DNA of 63,828 nt from a virus (taxonomy: Duplodnaviria; Caudoviricetes): the IMG/VR virus record IMGVR_UViG_3300020044_005158, positions 1 to 63,828 of that record; one strand, written 5' to 3'. Numbering within the stretch: position 1 is the first letter of the stretch; every line of letters begins with the position of its first letter. The position numbers and the translations under genes are program-made. Below are positions 1-11,000 of the stretch, one piece after another. The notes beneath the pieces were generated by a model, which saw nothing but the letters and a program-made list of their open reading frames with translations, did no database searches and had not been told where the DNA came from.

Positions 1-121
1 AGCATTGACCCTGCGACATACTCTATAAAACTAAACGAGTTAGGAAAGGTATGCAGTAAGAACGAGTGTCCTACATCAACAACTACTACTACAACTACAA
101 CCACTACTACAACTACAACTA
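1..121. repeat. Terminal direct repeat identical to 63708-63828 (circular assembly overlap)
   Basis: First 121 nt match the last 121 nt, and the reading frame continues across the junction. Confidence 0.95.
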
Positions 122-1185
122 CATTGCCTACAGGTGATTACTTTGTGGGTACATCTTGTGTTGATCCAACTGTATCGGCTGTTCTTTTTGATGCGACTAC
201 ATCAGGAGTAATTGTGTCAGATATTGTAAAGACGGATGATGGTAACTGTTGGACAATTACATCTGTTACTACAGCTACATTCCCATACCTATCGATTGAG
301 CATCCAGTAGTTACGTATGCTGACTGCGACACTTGTTTGAGTGTTACTACAACAACTACAACTACAACAACAACTACAGCAACTCCAATAACGGCATTTA
401 GTATTGATGCGGATGCGTTTGTGTCATCATCTCTAGCTTGCGACAATGGTGCTGCTCCTTGGACTACTAGGTATCATAACGGAGCTGGTGCTGTGCCTAC
501 CGTATCAGACTTTGTGTTTACAGATGCTGGTGGAACAACTATATTTAATGGACTGTCAAAGTGGTACAAGGTATCTACTGGGATAGTAGTTCAGATTGGA
601 CTACTTGGTCAGGTGTTGGCTGTAGTAAATTGTTCAGCGACAACTACCACAACTACTACCACACTTCCTACTTGGTTTTATAACTGTACGGCATGTGGCA
701 CTGCTTCTCCATCAGTTATTATTAGCGAACAAACATTATTACAGCTACCGTTAGGAACTGTAGTAAAGGCAGTAAATGGAACATGTTATACAATAAACTC
801 ATACGCTGGATCTGGACCTGCAATATCAACAATTTTGTTTACTTTTGATAACTGTGTTGACTGTCAAGGAATAACTACAACAACTACTACAACCACGACA
901 AGTACAACCACAACAAGTACAACGACTACTACAACCACCACAACTACTGCAGCGCCACTAACTAGGATAATTCTTAGATACGGAACTACTGGAGCATTGT
1001 CTTGTAATGGTACAATATCTGAATACTGGATAGATGGACCAATGGGAGTAGCTGGAAATAATATATATACTAATTCGTCAGGAAGTTCATTGGCTCCATC
1101 AGGATGGTATCAAAAAATATCACAGACAATATCTGAATATTGGGATAGTAAGATCTGGTATGAAGTATCTTACACATGCAGTTAA
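1..1185 (+). CDS. 3' part of tail fibre: Cys-rich modules separated by poly-Thr mucin-like linkers
   Basis: Four Thr tracts, CxxC pairs (DCDTC, NCVDC), repeated YHxG..PxxGD modules. Confidence 0.8.
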   Translation, partial: SIDPATYSIKLNELGKVCSKNECPTSTTTTTTTTTTTTTTTLPTGDYFVGTSCVDPTVSAVLFDATTSGVIVSDIVKTDDGNCWTITSVTTATFPYLSIEHPVVTYADCDTCLSVTTTTTTTTTTTATPITAFSIDADAFVSSSLACDNGAAPWTTRYHNGAGAVPTVSDFVFTDAGGTTIFNGLSKWYKVSTGIVVQIGLLGQVLAVVNCSATTTTTTTTLPTWFYNCTACGTASPSVIISEQTLLQLPLGTVVKAVNGTCYTINSYAGSGPAISTILFTFDNCVDCQGITTTTTTTTTSTTTTSTTTTTTTTTTAAPLTRIILRYGTTGALSCNGTISEYWIDGPMGVAGNNIYTNSSGSSLAPSGWYQKISQTISEYWDSKIWYEVSYTCS

Positions 1186-2093
1186 AATTAATTAGTGCCC
1201 AACCTGCCACTCAGTATTACGCTTGGCAGGTTGAGGTATACCTAACCCAGTTCATTCGACTGGGATACAATCCAGAAGATATTATTGTACTTGGTGGATA
1301 CACGTCAAGCTCTGGAGTTGATAAGTCATGGACGGTGTTAAAACAAGCATTCCCTGACGTGGAAATTCACGTATACGAGTACCATGATTGTGAATACGCA
1401 CCAGCCATGCAGAGTGCAATTTTATATAAACACTTCGAACTGCACCCATACTTATCTGAGTGTGCCTTGTTTTTCCATGATGCAGACTTCTTATTCACAA
1501 AATACTTTGACTTCACTCCATTCCTACAGGACGACATTTGGTACTTCAGTGATACGGTAAGTTACATCGGATCGGAGTATATTAAAAGCAAAGGTTCGGC
1601 AGTACTTGACATGATGTGCCAAACCATAGGAATAAATCGTTCGTTAGTTGAGTCTAACGAGAAGAATTCAGGTGGCGCACAGAAGTTAATGAAGAACGTA
1701 AATAAGGACTACTGGAGGGAGGTAAACTCTCATTCGGTAAATCTATATCAACTACTAAAGAAAGTCGCTCACATCAAGCCAGAAGGGCATAAGTATGGGA
1801 TACAGATATGGACGGCATCAATGTGGGCAGAACTTTGGACTGCATGGAAGCACGGATACCAGACACTATGTCCGAAAGAATTTAATTTTAGTTGGGCTAC
1901 ATGTCATGCTGACAGATGGTACGAGAATGCGTTCTTCCATAATGCAGGGGTGTCAGGTCCGAATAGGGGGATGTTCTTTAAGGCTGACTATATTGACAAG
2001 CTTCCGTATGGCATTGAGCTAGAGCTTTCGGATGACCACTGCTCGAAGAAATACTTTGACTTAGTTCAGTCGGTTGATACTTGTTTAATTTAA
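1176..2093 (+). CDS. Putative GT-A glycosyltransferase, HPAT/SGT1 (GT95/GT96)-like
   Basis: YYAWQ, YAP, HDAD (DxD), WTASMW and HNAG motifs in the order seen in peptide O-glycosyltransferases. Confidence 0.6.
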   Translation: MQLKLISAQPATQYYAWQVEVYLTQFIRLGYNPEDIIVLGGYTSSSGVDKSWTVLKQAFPDVEIHVYEYHDCEYAPAMQSAILYKHFELHPYLSECALFFHDADFLFTKYFDFTPFLQDDIWYFSDTVSYIGSEYIKSKGSAVLDMMCQTIGINRSLVESNEKNSGGAQKLMKNVNKDYWREVNSHSVNLYQLLKKVAHIKPEGHKYGIQIWTASMWAELWTAWKHGYQTLCPKEFNFSWATCHADRWYENAFFHNAGVSGPNRGMFFKADYIDKLPYGIELELSDDHCSKKYFDLVQSVDTCLI

Positions 2094-2094
2094 C

Positions 2095-2102
2095 TATCTT
2101 TG
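2095..2102 (+). promoter_or_regulatory. Bacteroidota -7 promoter box TATCTTTG
   Basis: Matches TAnnTTTG; ATG 5 nt downstream. Confidence 0.7.
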
Positions 2103-2106
2103 CATT

Positions 2107-2853
2107 ATGGCAGATAAGACTATATCATATTCACCTACGGGTAATGGCTGGACCTCTTTTTGGTCCTTTATTCCTGACTGGATGACTGGAATGAATAATA
2201 CATTCTACACATGGAAGGATGGAAGCCTTTACAAGCACGACTCCAATTCTACTAGAAATGCTTTCTATTTTGACTTCATAAATAATGAATACTTTAAGTA
2301 TGACTCTTCTATAACCATGCTATTTAATCAAGATCCGACAATAATGAAGGTGTTTAAGACTATCTCATTGGAGAGTAATGATGTATGGGATTTATCAGCA
2401 ACTACAGACTTAAATACTGGAATAATTGATAGCGAGTGGTTTGTTCAAAAGGAAGGAATGTGGTTTGCATATTTAAGACGTAACTCTGGAGATGCAGACA
2501 ATAGGGCATTATCAACTCAAGGAATTGGGGAGGTTGATTCATACTCTAATCCTGTAATTTCTTTTGACTTTAATATTGGTACATCGATCAGTCAGGGAGA
2601 TGCAATCTACAAGGTAGTTGGTGGCGCACTAATTTTAGTTGGAATGGTAGCCTCACATGACGCTCAGTCCATAACTCTCGTGTCGGAAATCAGCGCACCA
2701 GCATCTTCTGACTTGATCGTGTACGTTAAAGCCAGTCAGGCTGAGAGTTTTGGTGCTCGTGGTGCATGGATGGAGGTAACAATAACTAACAGTTCAGAAG
2801 ACGAGGTAGAGATATTTGAAATCAGTTCAAATGTTTTTAAGTCAAATCCTTAA
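2107..2853 (+). CDS. Tail structural protein resembling the C-terminal part of tail stabilisation/nozzle proteins
   Basis: TISYS..GWTSFWSFIP..NNTFYTWKDGSLYKH and FVQKEGMWF motifs. Confidence 0.6.
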   Translation: MADKTISYSPTGNGWTSFWSFIPDWMTGMNNTFYTWKDGSLYKHDSNSTRNAFYFDFINNEYFKYDSSITMLFNQDPTIMKVFKTISLESNDVWDLSATTDLNTGIIDSEWFVQKEGMWFAYLRRNSGDADNRALSTQGIGEVDSYSNPVISFDFNIGTSISQGDAIYKVVGGALILVGMVASHDAQSITLVSEISAPASSDLIVYVKASQAESFGARGAWMEVTITNSSEDEVEIFEISSNVFKSNP

Positions 2854-2871
2854 TGATAAGGTAAATTTAAC

Positions 2872-2879
2872 TATCTTTG
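2872..2879 (+). promoter_or_regulatory. -7 promoter box TATCTTTG
   Basis: TAnnTTTG upstream of 2896. Confidence 0.7.
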
Positions 2880-2895
2880 CGTTAAAATCATAACT

Positions 2896-3492
2896 ATGTT
2901 CGGACTTATTTCAGCAGGCGTACAAATAGCAGGATTAGGCATGAGCGCTATTCAAGCTATCCAAGAGAATAGACGTATGGCAGAAGCCAAAGCATCTACT
3001 AATGCAGCACTTAATGCTGCCCAACAAGACAAAGAGCAGAACGCATTCGCAGCAACTAGAGCGGCTGACGTTTCAACGAATCAGAAAGAAAAGATAGATC
3101 AAAATATGTCTCGAACTGTTGATACCTTAGCACAGACAGGTGCTGAAGGAGCAATTGGAGGTACTGCTAATGCACTTCAGGCAGCAAATGATGCAAATCT
3201 TCAGGCTACTCAAGCGCAAGGTCAGGCTAACTACGAGCGTGATTTAATGGTGGCAGGAGAGCAGTCTAGGATTAATTCGGATGCTATAAAAAGAAGATTT
3301 GATATCTATGGATTTAAGGCAGGTCAAGGTGCTCAAGATTATACAGATTCGTCATTAGCTTTAACAAATGCTATATCTGGAATGGGAAGTCAAGGAGCTG
3401 GTGCAATAGCAGCATTACAAGCAGATTTCGATCCAGCTACTGGTCAGTATAAGGATAAGGAATGGTATGCAAACAATCCTCCAAAAGCCTAA
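2896..3492 (+). CDS. Internal virion/ejection protein
   Basis: Gly/Ala-rich hydrophobic N-terminus, Ala/Gln-rich helices, position before large ejection genes. Confidence 0.55.
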   Translation: MFGLISAGVQIAGLGMSAIQAIQENRRMAEAKASTNAALNAAQQDKEQNAFAATRAADVSTNQKEKIDQNMSRTVDTLAQTGAEGAIGGTANALQAANDANLQATQAQGQANYERDLMVAGEQSRINSDAIKRRFDIYGFKAGQGAQDYTDSSLALTNAISGMGSQGAGAIAALQADFDPATGQYKDKEWYANNPPKA

Positions 3493-3570
3493 CCCATAAA
3501 AGATAACCGGAAAAATAAATCGATTAACCGGAAATTTCCGGATATAAATAAAAGATTAAAATAATTACTA

Positions 3571-5034
3571 ATGGCAGATAACGCATTTCAAAATATTGAT
3601 TACGGCAGAAGAAGTACTGTTGACTGGGCTAAATTTACAGAGAAGTTATCTGGAGCTATATCTAAGGTAGGAACGGACAGAGAAAAAGCTGTAGAGGAAA
3701 ATGAGAAGATATACTCCGACTCTATAGCTAAACTAAATCAAGCATCAAATCGTGAAGGTCAGTCATTAAATAAATTTGTTATTGATGGAGCTGGTCAAGT
3801 TAAGGAGAAGATGTTAGAGCTGAAGAGAAAGTACTACAATAAGGAGATATCAAATCCTGAATGGAAGGCTATCTCAACAGCATATGTAGAGAATTTCTCA
3901 AACTTAGCAGAGCAAGTTAAGACGGCAGATGATAGATTTAAGTTATACCAAGATAGATCTAAGCCTAATGCTGATGGAGTTATAGAAGGTTCAAATGCTG
4001 AATCTTTCCTAATGAATGAGTACCTTAAGATGGCTGATCTTAATAATAAAAAACTAGTAGCTGGTACTGATGGATCATTGTATATGCAGCAATTAGATGC
4101 TAGTGGAAATCAAATTGGAGAACTAATTAATTACAAAGACTTCTCTCGTCCTGAAAACTTAATAATTAATAAAGTTGACTTACCATCCGCTGTAAATGAT
4201 TTGATAGGAGAATGGGCGACTATAGATAAATGGAAGAATCTTGGTAGAGGAGGAGAAGAGACAAAAACATCTGCTCGTTTTCAGGCAGATTTTGATCTTA
4301 TGAAACTGAATACAGCCGAGGCACTAACATCTAATCCTAGGATGGCTTTAAGTATTCTAGTTGATAATGGTGCAATAAGCTCTCCAGTATATTACACAAG
4401 TGAATCAGAAAAGGATGCCTTGTTAAAAGAAAAGCTTGCTACAGAAGAGGTAAAATATCAAACAGCCAATAAACCTTTTACTGATGATGACAAGAAGAAA
4501 ATTGAGATGTCATTCATTAAGTTTGAAAAGAATCCTAGTACTGGAGTATTCGAACCAGCACTTACTAAGGATCAAATAGATACAGCAAATAAAAGAGTTG
4601 ACCAGCAAATAGAGATTGGATTGGAAACTAAGATAAGCGCTAGTGCACCTCAGGCGTATTCAAGCAGTGGTGGTGGCGGAAGTACTGACGACCAGAAAGT
4701 AGCTATTAACGCATATACGGCATCAGTTGACGCTCTTTCTAAAGGAAATTTTGCAGGATTCGATACTGACAACTATACATTCCAATTGTCTAAAGATAAA
4801 GATGGAAATCCTTATGTTGTAGTTGATTCACTAATAGACGATACTAAAGGAGGACGTAAGCCTGCTAATCAAAAAGTAAGAATATACAGTCCTGATGGAA
4901 TGACTCAGTACTTGAAAAACGTAAAAGGTAATGTTCCTTTGTATCATAAAGGAAAAGATGATTACAAGAAACTTTACGGTGATTACTACTACAAACCGGG
5001 AGGCAGCACAAATATTAATACATCAGGATATTAA
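3571..5034 (+). CDS. Internal virion/ejection protein
   Basis: 487 aa helical protein in the ejection-gene position. Confidence 0.5.
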   Translation: MADNAFQNIDYGRRSTVDWAKFTEKLSGAISKVGTDREKAVEENEKIYSDSIAKLNQASNREGQSLNKFVIDGAGQVKEKMLELKRKYYNKEISNPEWKAISTAYVENFSNLAEQVKTADDRFKLYQDRSKPNADGVIEGSNAESFLMNEYLKMADLNNKKLVAGTDGSLYMQQLDASGNQIGELINYKDFSRPENLIINKVDLPSAVNDLIGEWATIDKWKNLGRGGEETKTSARFQADFDLMKLNTAEALTSNPRMALSILVDNGAISSPVYYTSESEKDALLKEKLATEEVKYQTANKPFTDDDKKKIEMSFIKFEKNPSTGVFEPALTKDQIDTANKRVDQQIEIGLETKISASAPQAYSSSGGGGSTDDQKVAINAYTASVDALSKGNFAGFDTDNYTFQLSKDKDGNPYVVVDSLIDDTKGGRKPANQKVRIYSPDGMTQYLKNVKGNVPLYHKGKDDYKKLYGDYYYKPGGSTNINTSGY

Positions 5035-5043
5035 ATTTAATTT

Positions 5044-8000
5044 ATGAACGAAAAAGCACTTCAAGACTCGTACAACATATTCAAAGCTCAGGGATACAAT
5101 AAATCTATTGAGGAGTATAAGACGTTATTAAAATCTAACGGAAACGCACTGAATGACTCTTATAAATTATTTAAGTCTAAGGGATATAATAAGTCTATTG
5201 ATGACTATAAAGTATTGATGGGAGTAAGTGGTGATCCTGTAAAAAAAAAAGAACCTACGGCATCAGTTTCTCCATCAGGTCAAAAACCTACTTCATCGGT
5301 TACTCCAGCCAAGAAGGCGCAACCGCAATCGGTATTTTTGCAAGACGCAGATACTGGAGGTAAGCTAGAAATACTTACTGGATATCCACAGAAAGAAGAT
5401 ATAGAATATAACTTTGCTAACGGTCAGTGGAGAAAAAGAAAACCCGGTCAAACATCTTGGTACAACATAACTAACGAGGGATCCATAAGTTCTCTTAATA
5501 AGTTCTTTAATAAAGAAAAGATTCCAGATAATAAAAAAAGTGTAGACCAGCAAGTAAGAGACCTTGAGGATTTAAGAGAGCTATCAGACCAAGAAACAGC
5601 TGATGCATTAGGGTGGTCATTAGAAGACCTTCAAAAAGCAAATAAAGGAACAAAGGTAAACAAGGTGAAAACTACAGGTGCTACTGTAGCTCCTAATATT
5701 ATCGAAGGAAAAGATGCTATATCAGTTCAAGCAAATAGCATAGCTAAGGCAAGAATAGAACTTGGCTCATCTGCAAATCAAGAAAAGATAAACGATAGAG
5801 CTAAATATCACGAAAATATAAATCTTCAGAAATATTTAAAGAACAAAGGGTTTGATGTAGATGTAAATGGAGATATCGAAAGTGATAAAACAAAGTCAGC
5901 TCTAGATAAGTTAAAGGCTATAGAAGAACTTAATGAAATAGAAGATGCAAACAGAAGTAAATTCATATCAAAAATAAATAGCGATATAACATCTGACATG
6001 TTATCTTCTCCTGAAAGTATTGATCAATTGAGATCAGAATTTTCTAAGAATGGATATGTATTTGAATCATTTGGTGGATCTATAGCTGGATTAGGAGTTG
6101 GATCTGGTAGGTATATAAAAGTAAAATATACCTTACCTGATGGTACAGAAACAAGAGAAGAGACATTCGATACATCTGATCCAGAAGCCAGTCGTAATAT
6201 GAGACTATTTATGTCTCAAACATTTATGAGTAAATCTGAAAAGGAGGCTATTATTGGAGGTGATGCACCTACTGACGAAATGGGAAGATTTGAGTATATG
6301 TCTTCTCTAGTCGGAAAAATGGCGGCTAATCCTAGTAAGTACGGAAGAACACTTGTATCTGATGAGTTTATTTCTAATCATATGAAAAGTACTTATCAGT
6401 ACTTGAAAGATGAACAAACAGGAATATCATTAGAATATGATAACTTAAAAAAGAGAATAGATCAATTTAAACTTAATCCTACAGAAGAAGAAAGACAGCT
6501 TATTAATAACAAAGTCCATGAAATATCTGTAAGGGAAATTAAGTTAAATGGACAATACGAAAAAGCCAAAGAAACTGAAAAGAATTTTTCTTCAATATCT
6601 GCAGCTTATGCAACTGAAATGGAGAAAAAGGGGGGATTTTTCACTGGATTAACAGCTCAATTTGCTAAGGGTGTTACTAGTATACCAAAAATGATGTTGA
6701 CCACGTCAGCAGATATACTTCCATATGTAGTAGATGCAGTAGATCCTATCACAAAGAATAGATTAAAAAATGATGGGTATTCAGATTCTGAAATAGCAGA
6801 CTATGCCTCAAAGGAACTAAAAAATACGGTTGTTAAAGAGATAGAGAAAGGAGTAGTAAACATAGGATCATTAGGTCAGACTACTGAAGAGTATTTACAG
6901 TCAGAAGATAGAGGTGTTTTAGAAAACACATTAGGATTTTTAGCTAATAGTATTGGGACTGGATTAAGTGGAGGCGGTAATGGCGCATTAACTAAACTTG
7001 CATTTTTTAGTCAGTCATATAATGGCATGTCAGATCAGATGACAGGACCTGAATTTGATAGGTTAACAGAGACAGAAAAGAAACTAATATCTGTACCTTA
7101 CGCATTGGTTATAGGTGGACTTGAAAGACTTGGATTTAAGTTTACAACGAGTACGAGTAAGAATCCTTTATTAAATAAACTAATAAATAATACTATAGCT
7201 AAGACATTTTCTGGCATACCAAAAGATGCATCAATACAAACAATTAATAGAGCTATATCGGAGAGTTTAACAGCTACTATGGCTCAAGCTGGACTAAGAG
7301 TAGTAGGTGGATCTATAGTAGAGGGAGCAGTAGAAGGCTCACAGCAATTAGCTGAGATATCTATAAAGAATATAGCTAACAGAATAATTGGAGAGGATGA
7401 GGATGGATTTGACTTTTTCAAAGATGTACCAGACATAACAACAGCTGAAGGAATTAAGGAAGCGTTAAAATTAGCGTCTGTAGATGCTGCATATGGCGCA
7501 CTAGGGGGTGCTATTATGTCAACTGGAGAAAATGCTGTCTCATCTATTAAAAATTATGGAATTAAGAAAGAACAAGAAAAAGATTTTTTAACGTTAAGAG
7601 CTACCCTTCTTGATGGTAATCTTAGAGCACTTCAAGATTTAGATATAGAAAGAAAATTATCTTATGGAGAGATCACTCAAGAAGAAGCGGATGAGATGAC
7701 CAACTCTATGAATAATGCTACATCAGCATTAGGAAAAATACCTGAGGGATTATCTACATCAAGAGCAAGAGAGTCTTTTGGTCTTTTGATTGAAAGAGAT
7801 AAATTAGAGCAAGAAGTTAAAGGTAAAGACGAAAACCTAGTTGTAGCTCAGAAGGAAAGAATTAAAGAAATTAATAACGAATTACAAACAATAAGCAAAG
7901 ATGCCGTTCAAGAGCAAGCAGCAGGTGAAGTTTCTGTACAGCCAGAAGCCACAACTAGCGAAGAAGTGGTCCAAGGAAAACCCAAATCAGGACCTGAAGT

Positions 8001-11000
8001 CGTTACCGAAGAAGGTAAAAAAGAAGAAGTAGATAAGAAAAAATCAGATAGAATATCAGAAATACAATCTATTTTAGCTAATGATGATGCTAAATTTGCT
8101 GAAGAAGGTCAAAGACCTTTACTGGCAGAGGCACGAGCTGAGTTAACATCTGAATTAGAAGGATTAAACCAAGAATCAACTACTAAAGCAGCTCCAGTTG
8201 CAGAAGTATTTGAATTTAATGGTAAAAAATACGAACTTACTAATGAGTCTGTAACAGATCTTGAAACAGGTAATCTTGTTCCAATTGAACTAGCTACACA
8301 AATTCGTGAAGAAGGAACTGTCGCAACCGAAGCTAACCAAGAACAGGTAGCAACCTTAAGAGCACAAGAGCAAGTAGAACTAGCTGAGGCTATACCTAAC
8401 ATAGACGAATATAAGGTTGATGGGAAGGTAGCCAAAAGTACTATGCCAGCTGATGTTTTGGCTAAGTATGAAGAGATATACGATAGGTATGACAAGCTAA
8501 TAACTCCTTTGTTAACTACTGCACAACCTATCACATCTAAAAATCAAGTCACTCTAGATAACTTCCAAGAATTAGAGAATCAAGCCGTACAGGAAGGAAA
8601 CGATACAAAGATAAAAACGCTTCGTGCTGCAAGAATGGTTGTAAAATCTCTTCCGGGAGTAAAGGTATTCATCCATAACTCACCTGAGGAGTACCAGCAG
8701 GCGTTAGCAGATGCATCTGGTGATTCCATTGATACTATCAAGTCAGAAGAAGCATCAGAGCGTTCATCCGGACAGTATGTAAATGGTGAGATACACGTTG
8801 ATGGAAGTATTGCAACAGAGCGTACAGTATACCATGAGGCATTCCATGATGCAATCCTAAAATCAGGACTGTCAGTAGAGATGGCTAAAGGGCTTCTTAA
8901 GATTATTTCAGACAAGAAAATCAAGTCTCAACTAGAGGCATTCATTAGTCAGTATGAGTCTAGTGAGCAGAATGAAGAAATGGTTGTTGAGCTTGGAGCT
9001 ATCATGGCTGAAGCAGGGACTGAATTGTCTACTACTAAACTTCAGCAGTTTAAGCAGTTAATAAATAAGTTAGCACAGAAGTTAGGACTTCCTGTAATGC
9101 TTCCAGCGTCAGCGGATCGTCAGCAGGTTGTTGACTTTATTAATACCATGTCGAAAGCAATTCGTACTGGACGTGCTGTTGATCTGAATATAAAAGGAGC
9201 AAAAGACAAGACAGGTATTACTGAAGAAATAAATCCAACTGCACCTGACACTGGTACAGGTGTTGATACATCATCATTAGAGAATAGAAAAAAATCTTTA
9301 ATACAAAACCTTGGGTTAGTAAGACAAAAAGAAATAACTCAAAGATTAAAGACTGGAATAAAATTATCAGATTTAGGAAGAGTAATATCTCACTTAACAT
9401 TCTCAGATAGACTTGTTACTGGAAAAGTTGGAGATAAAGATTATCTTGGAGGTATATTATTTGCAGCTGCAACTAATAGAGTATGGGCATCATTCTCTAA
9501 AGGAAGAGTTAGTTCTATAATAAATGGAATGCCTGTCAATAAGGATGGATATAGATATCTAATGCCAGCATTACTCACTGAACAATCTCACATGTCGAAT
9601 AAGGACATGATGAATACATCTCTTAAATTAGTAGAAGATGCTGTAATAAATGGAGATGTAGATTTTAACTCTGCTAACGACAGAATAAGAAAAGCATTAA
9701 ACAGAAAAGGACTAGAGAAGTATCTTGAAATATATAACAAATCTATTGGTGATAATATAACAGCTAAAAGTGTAAAGAATGCTATAGATGAGGCTATTGT
9801 AAATAGCGATAGTACATTTGAAAATAGAAAAACATTCTTAGAGGCATTACTTGGAAAGGCTGATATAGATCTAACTAAAAGATTTGGGAATCTTCCATCA
9901 TTTTCTGAATTAGCAAATGGACTTGCTGAACCAATAACAGAAGGACATGAATATGGTGATATACTTTTAGTTATAAGAACTAAGGGTAATCTTATTGCTG
10001 TTCAACCAAAAGAAGGAGATGCAGATTACCATCCATCTTATCCTTGGGTCATCAGATCAGTAGATGAAAATGGAGATATTTCTGATGTTGAAACATTAAT
10101 ATTTGATAAATCTTACAATGCTATAAATGTATTTCCTAAGGTAACAAATAAGATTGGTAAAACATTATCATACCAAGATTATGTTAACAAGTATGGAGAT
10201 AAAGCAAAATCAGCATATCTTGGATACATAGGAGGTAGATCAACTATGTCTACATCTTTGACTGAAGAAGTAAATATTGAAGCTGAACAAAAAGAAAAAG
10301 TAGCTGAAGTTTTTAAAGGCAGAAAGAAAAGAATGACTGAGCCAGTTGCTGGAAATAAATTATTCAATGAGCCACTTAGAGACGCGTCAGTTATTGCTAA
10401 AAAGTATTCAGAAAAGTCTGGAATAGAGTATGTTACTGTAGAAAAGATATCAAAGCTAGACGAGTCTAACTCTAAAGAAATTGCTGCTGAATATGATAAG
10501 ATGAAGAACGATCCTACCAATCCAGAGGTTAGGAAAGCATATGATGCAATGATAAAAGAGACTGCTGATCAGTATGAAGCAATACTGGATGGCGGTTATG
10601 TTGTTGAGGTTAATAATAATGAGCCATACTCTAGCTCTGAGGATATGATACAAGACCTTCGTGATAACAAGCGAATGAAAATATTCTCTACTGAATCTGG
10701 ATTTGGGGATGATCCAATTACTGACGAGCAAAGAGCAGAGAATCCATTACTACAAAAAACAAAGTACTCAGATGTAAATGGAATTCCATTACTAGCTAAT
10801 GATTTATTTAGATTTGTACATGACTTCTTTGGTCACGCAAAATTAGGAAATGGATTCGGACCTATTGGAGAGGAGAATGCATGGAGAGTTCATTCTGTTA
10901 TGTATTCAGATTTAGCTAGAAGAGCTATGACATCTGAGACTAGAGGTCAAAATAGTTGGGTTAATTTTAGTGGAGCAAATGACGCTGTATTTAAATTAAG

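Noticed and set aside
76-950. ACN triplet tracts as microsatellites or DGR targets
   Set aside because: Synonymous codons are mixed; no reverse transcriptase or TR/VR pair seen
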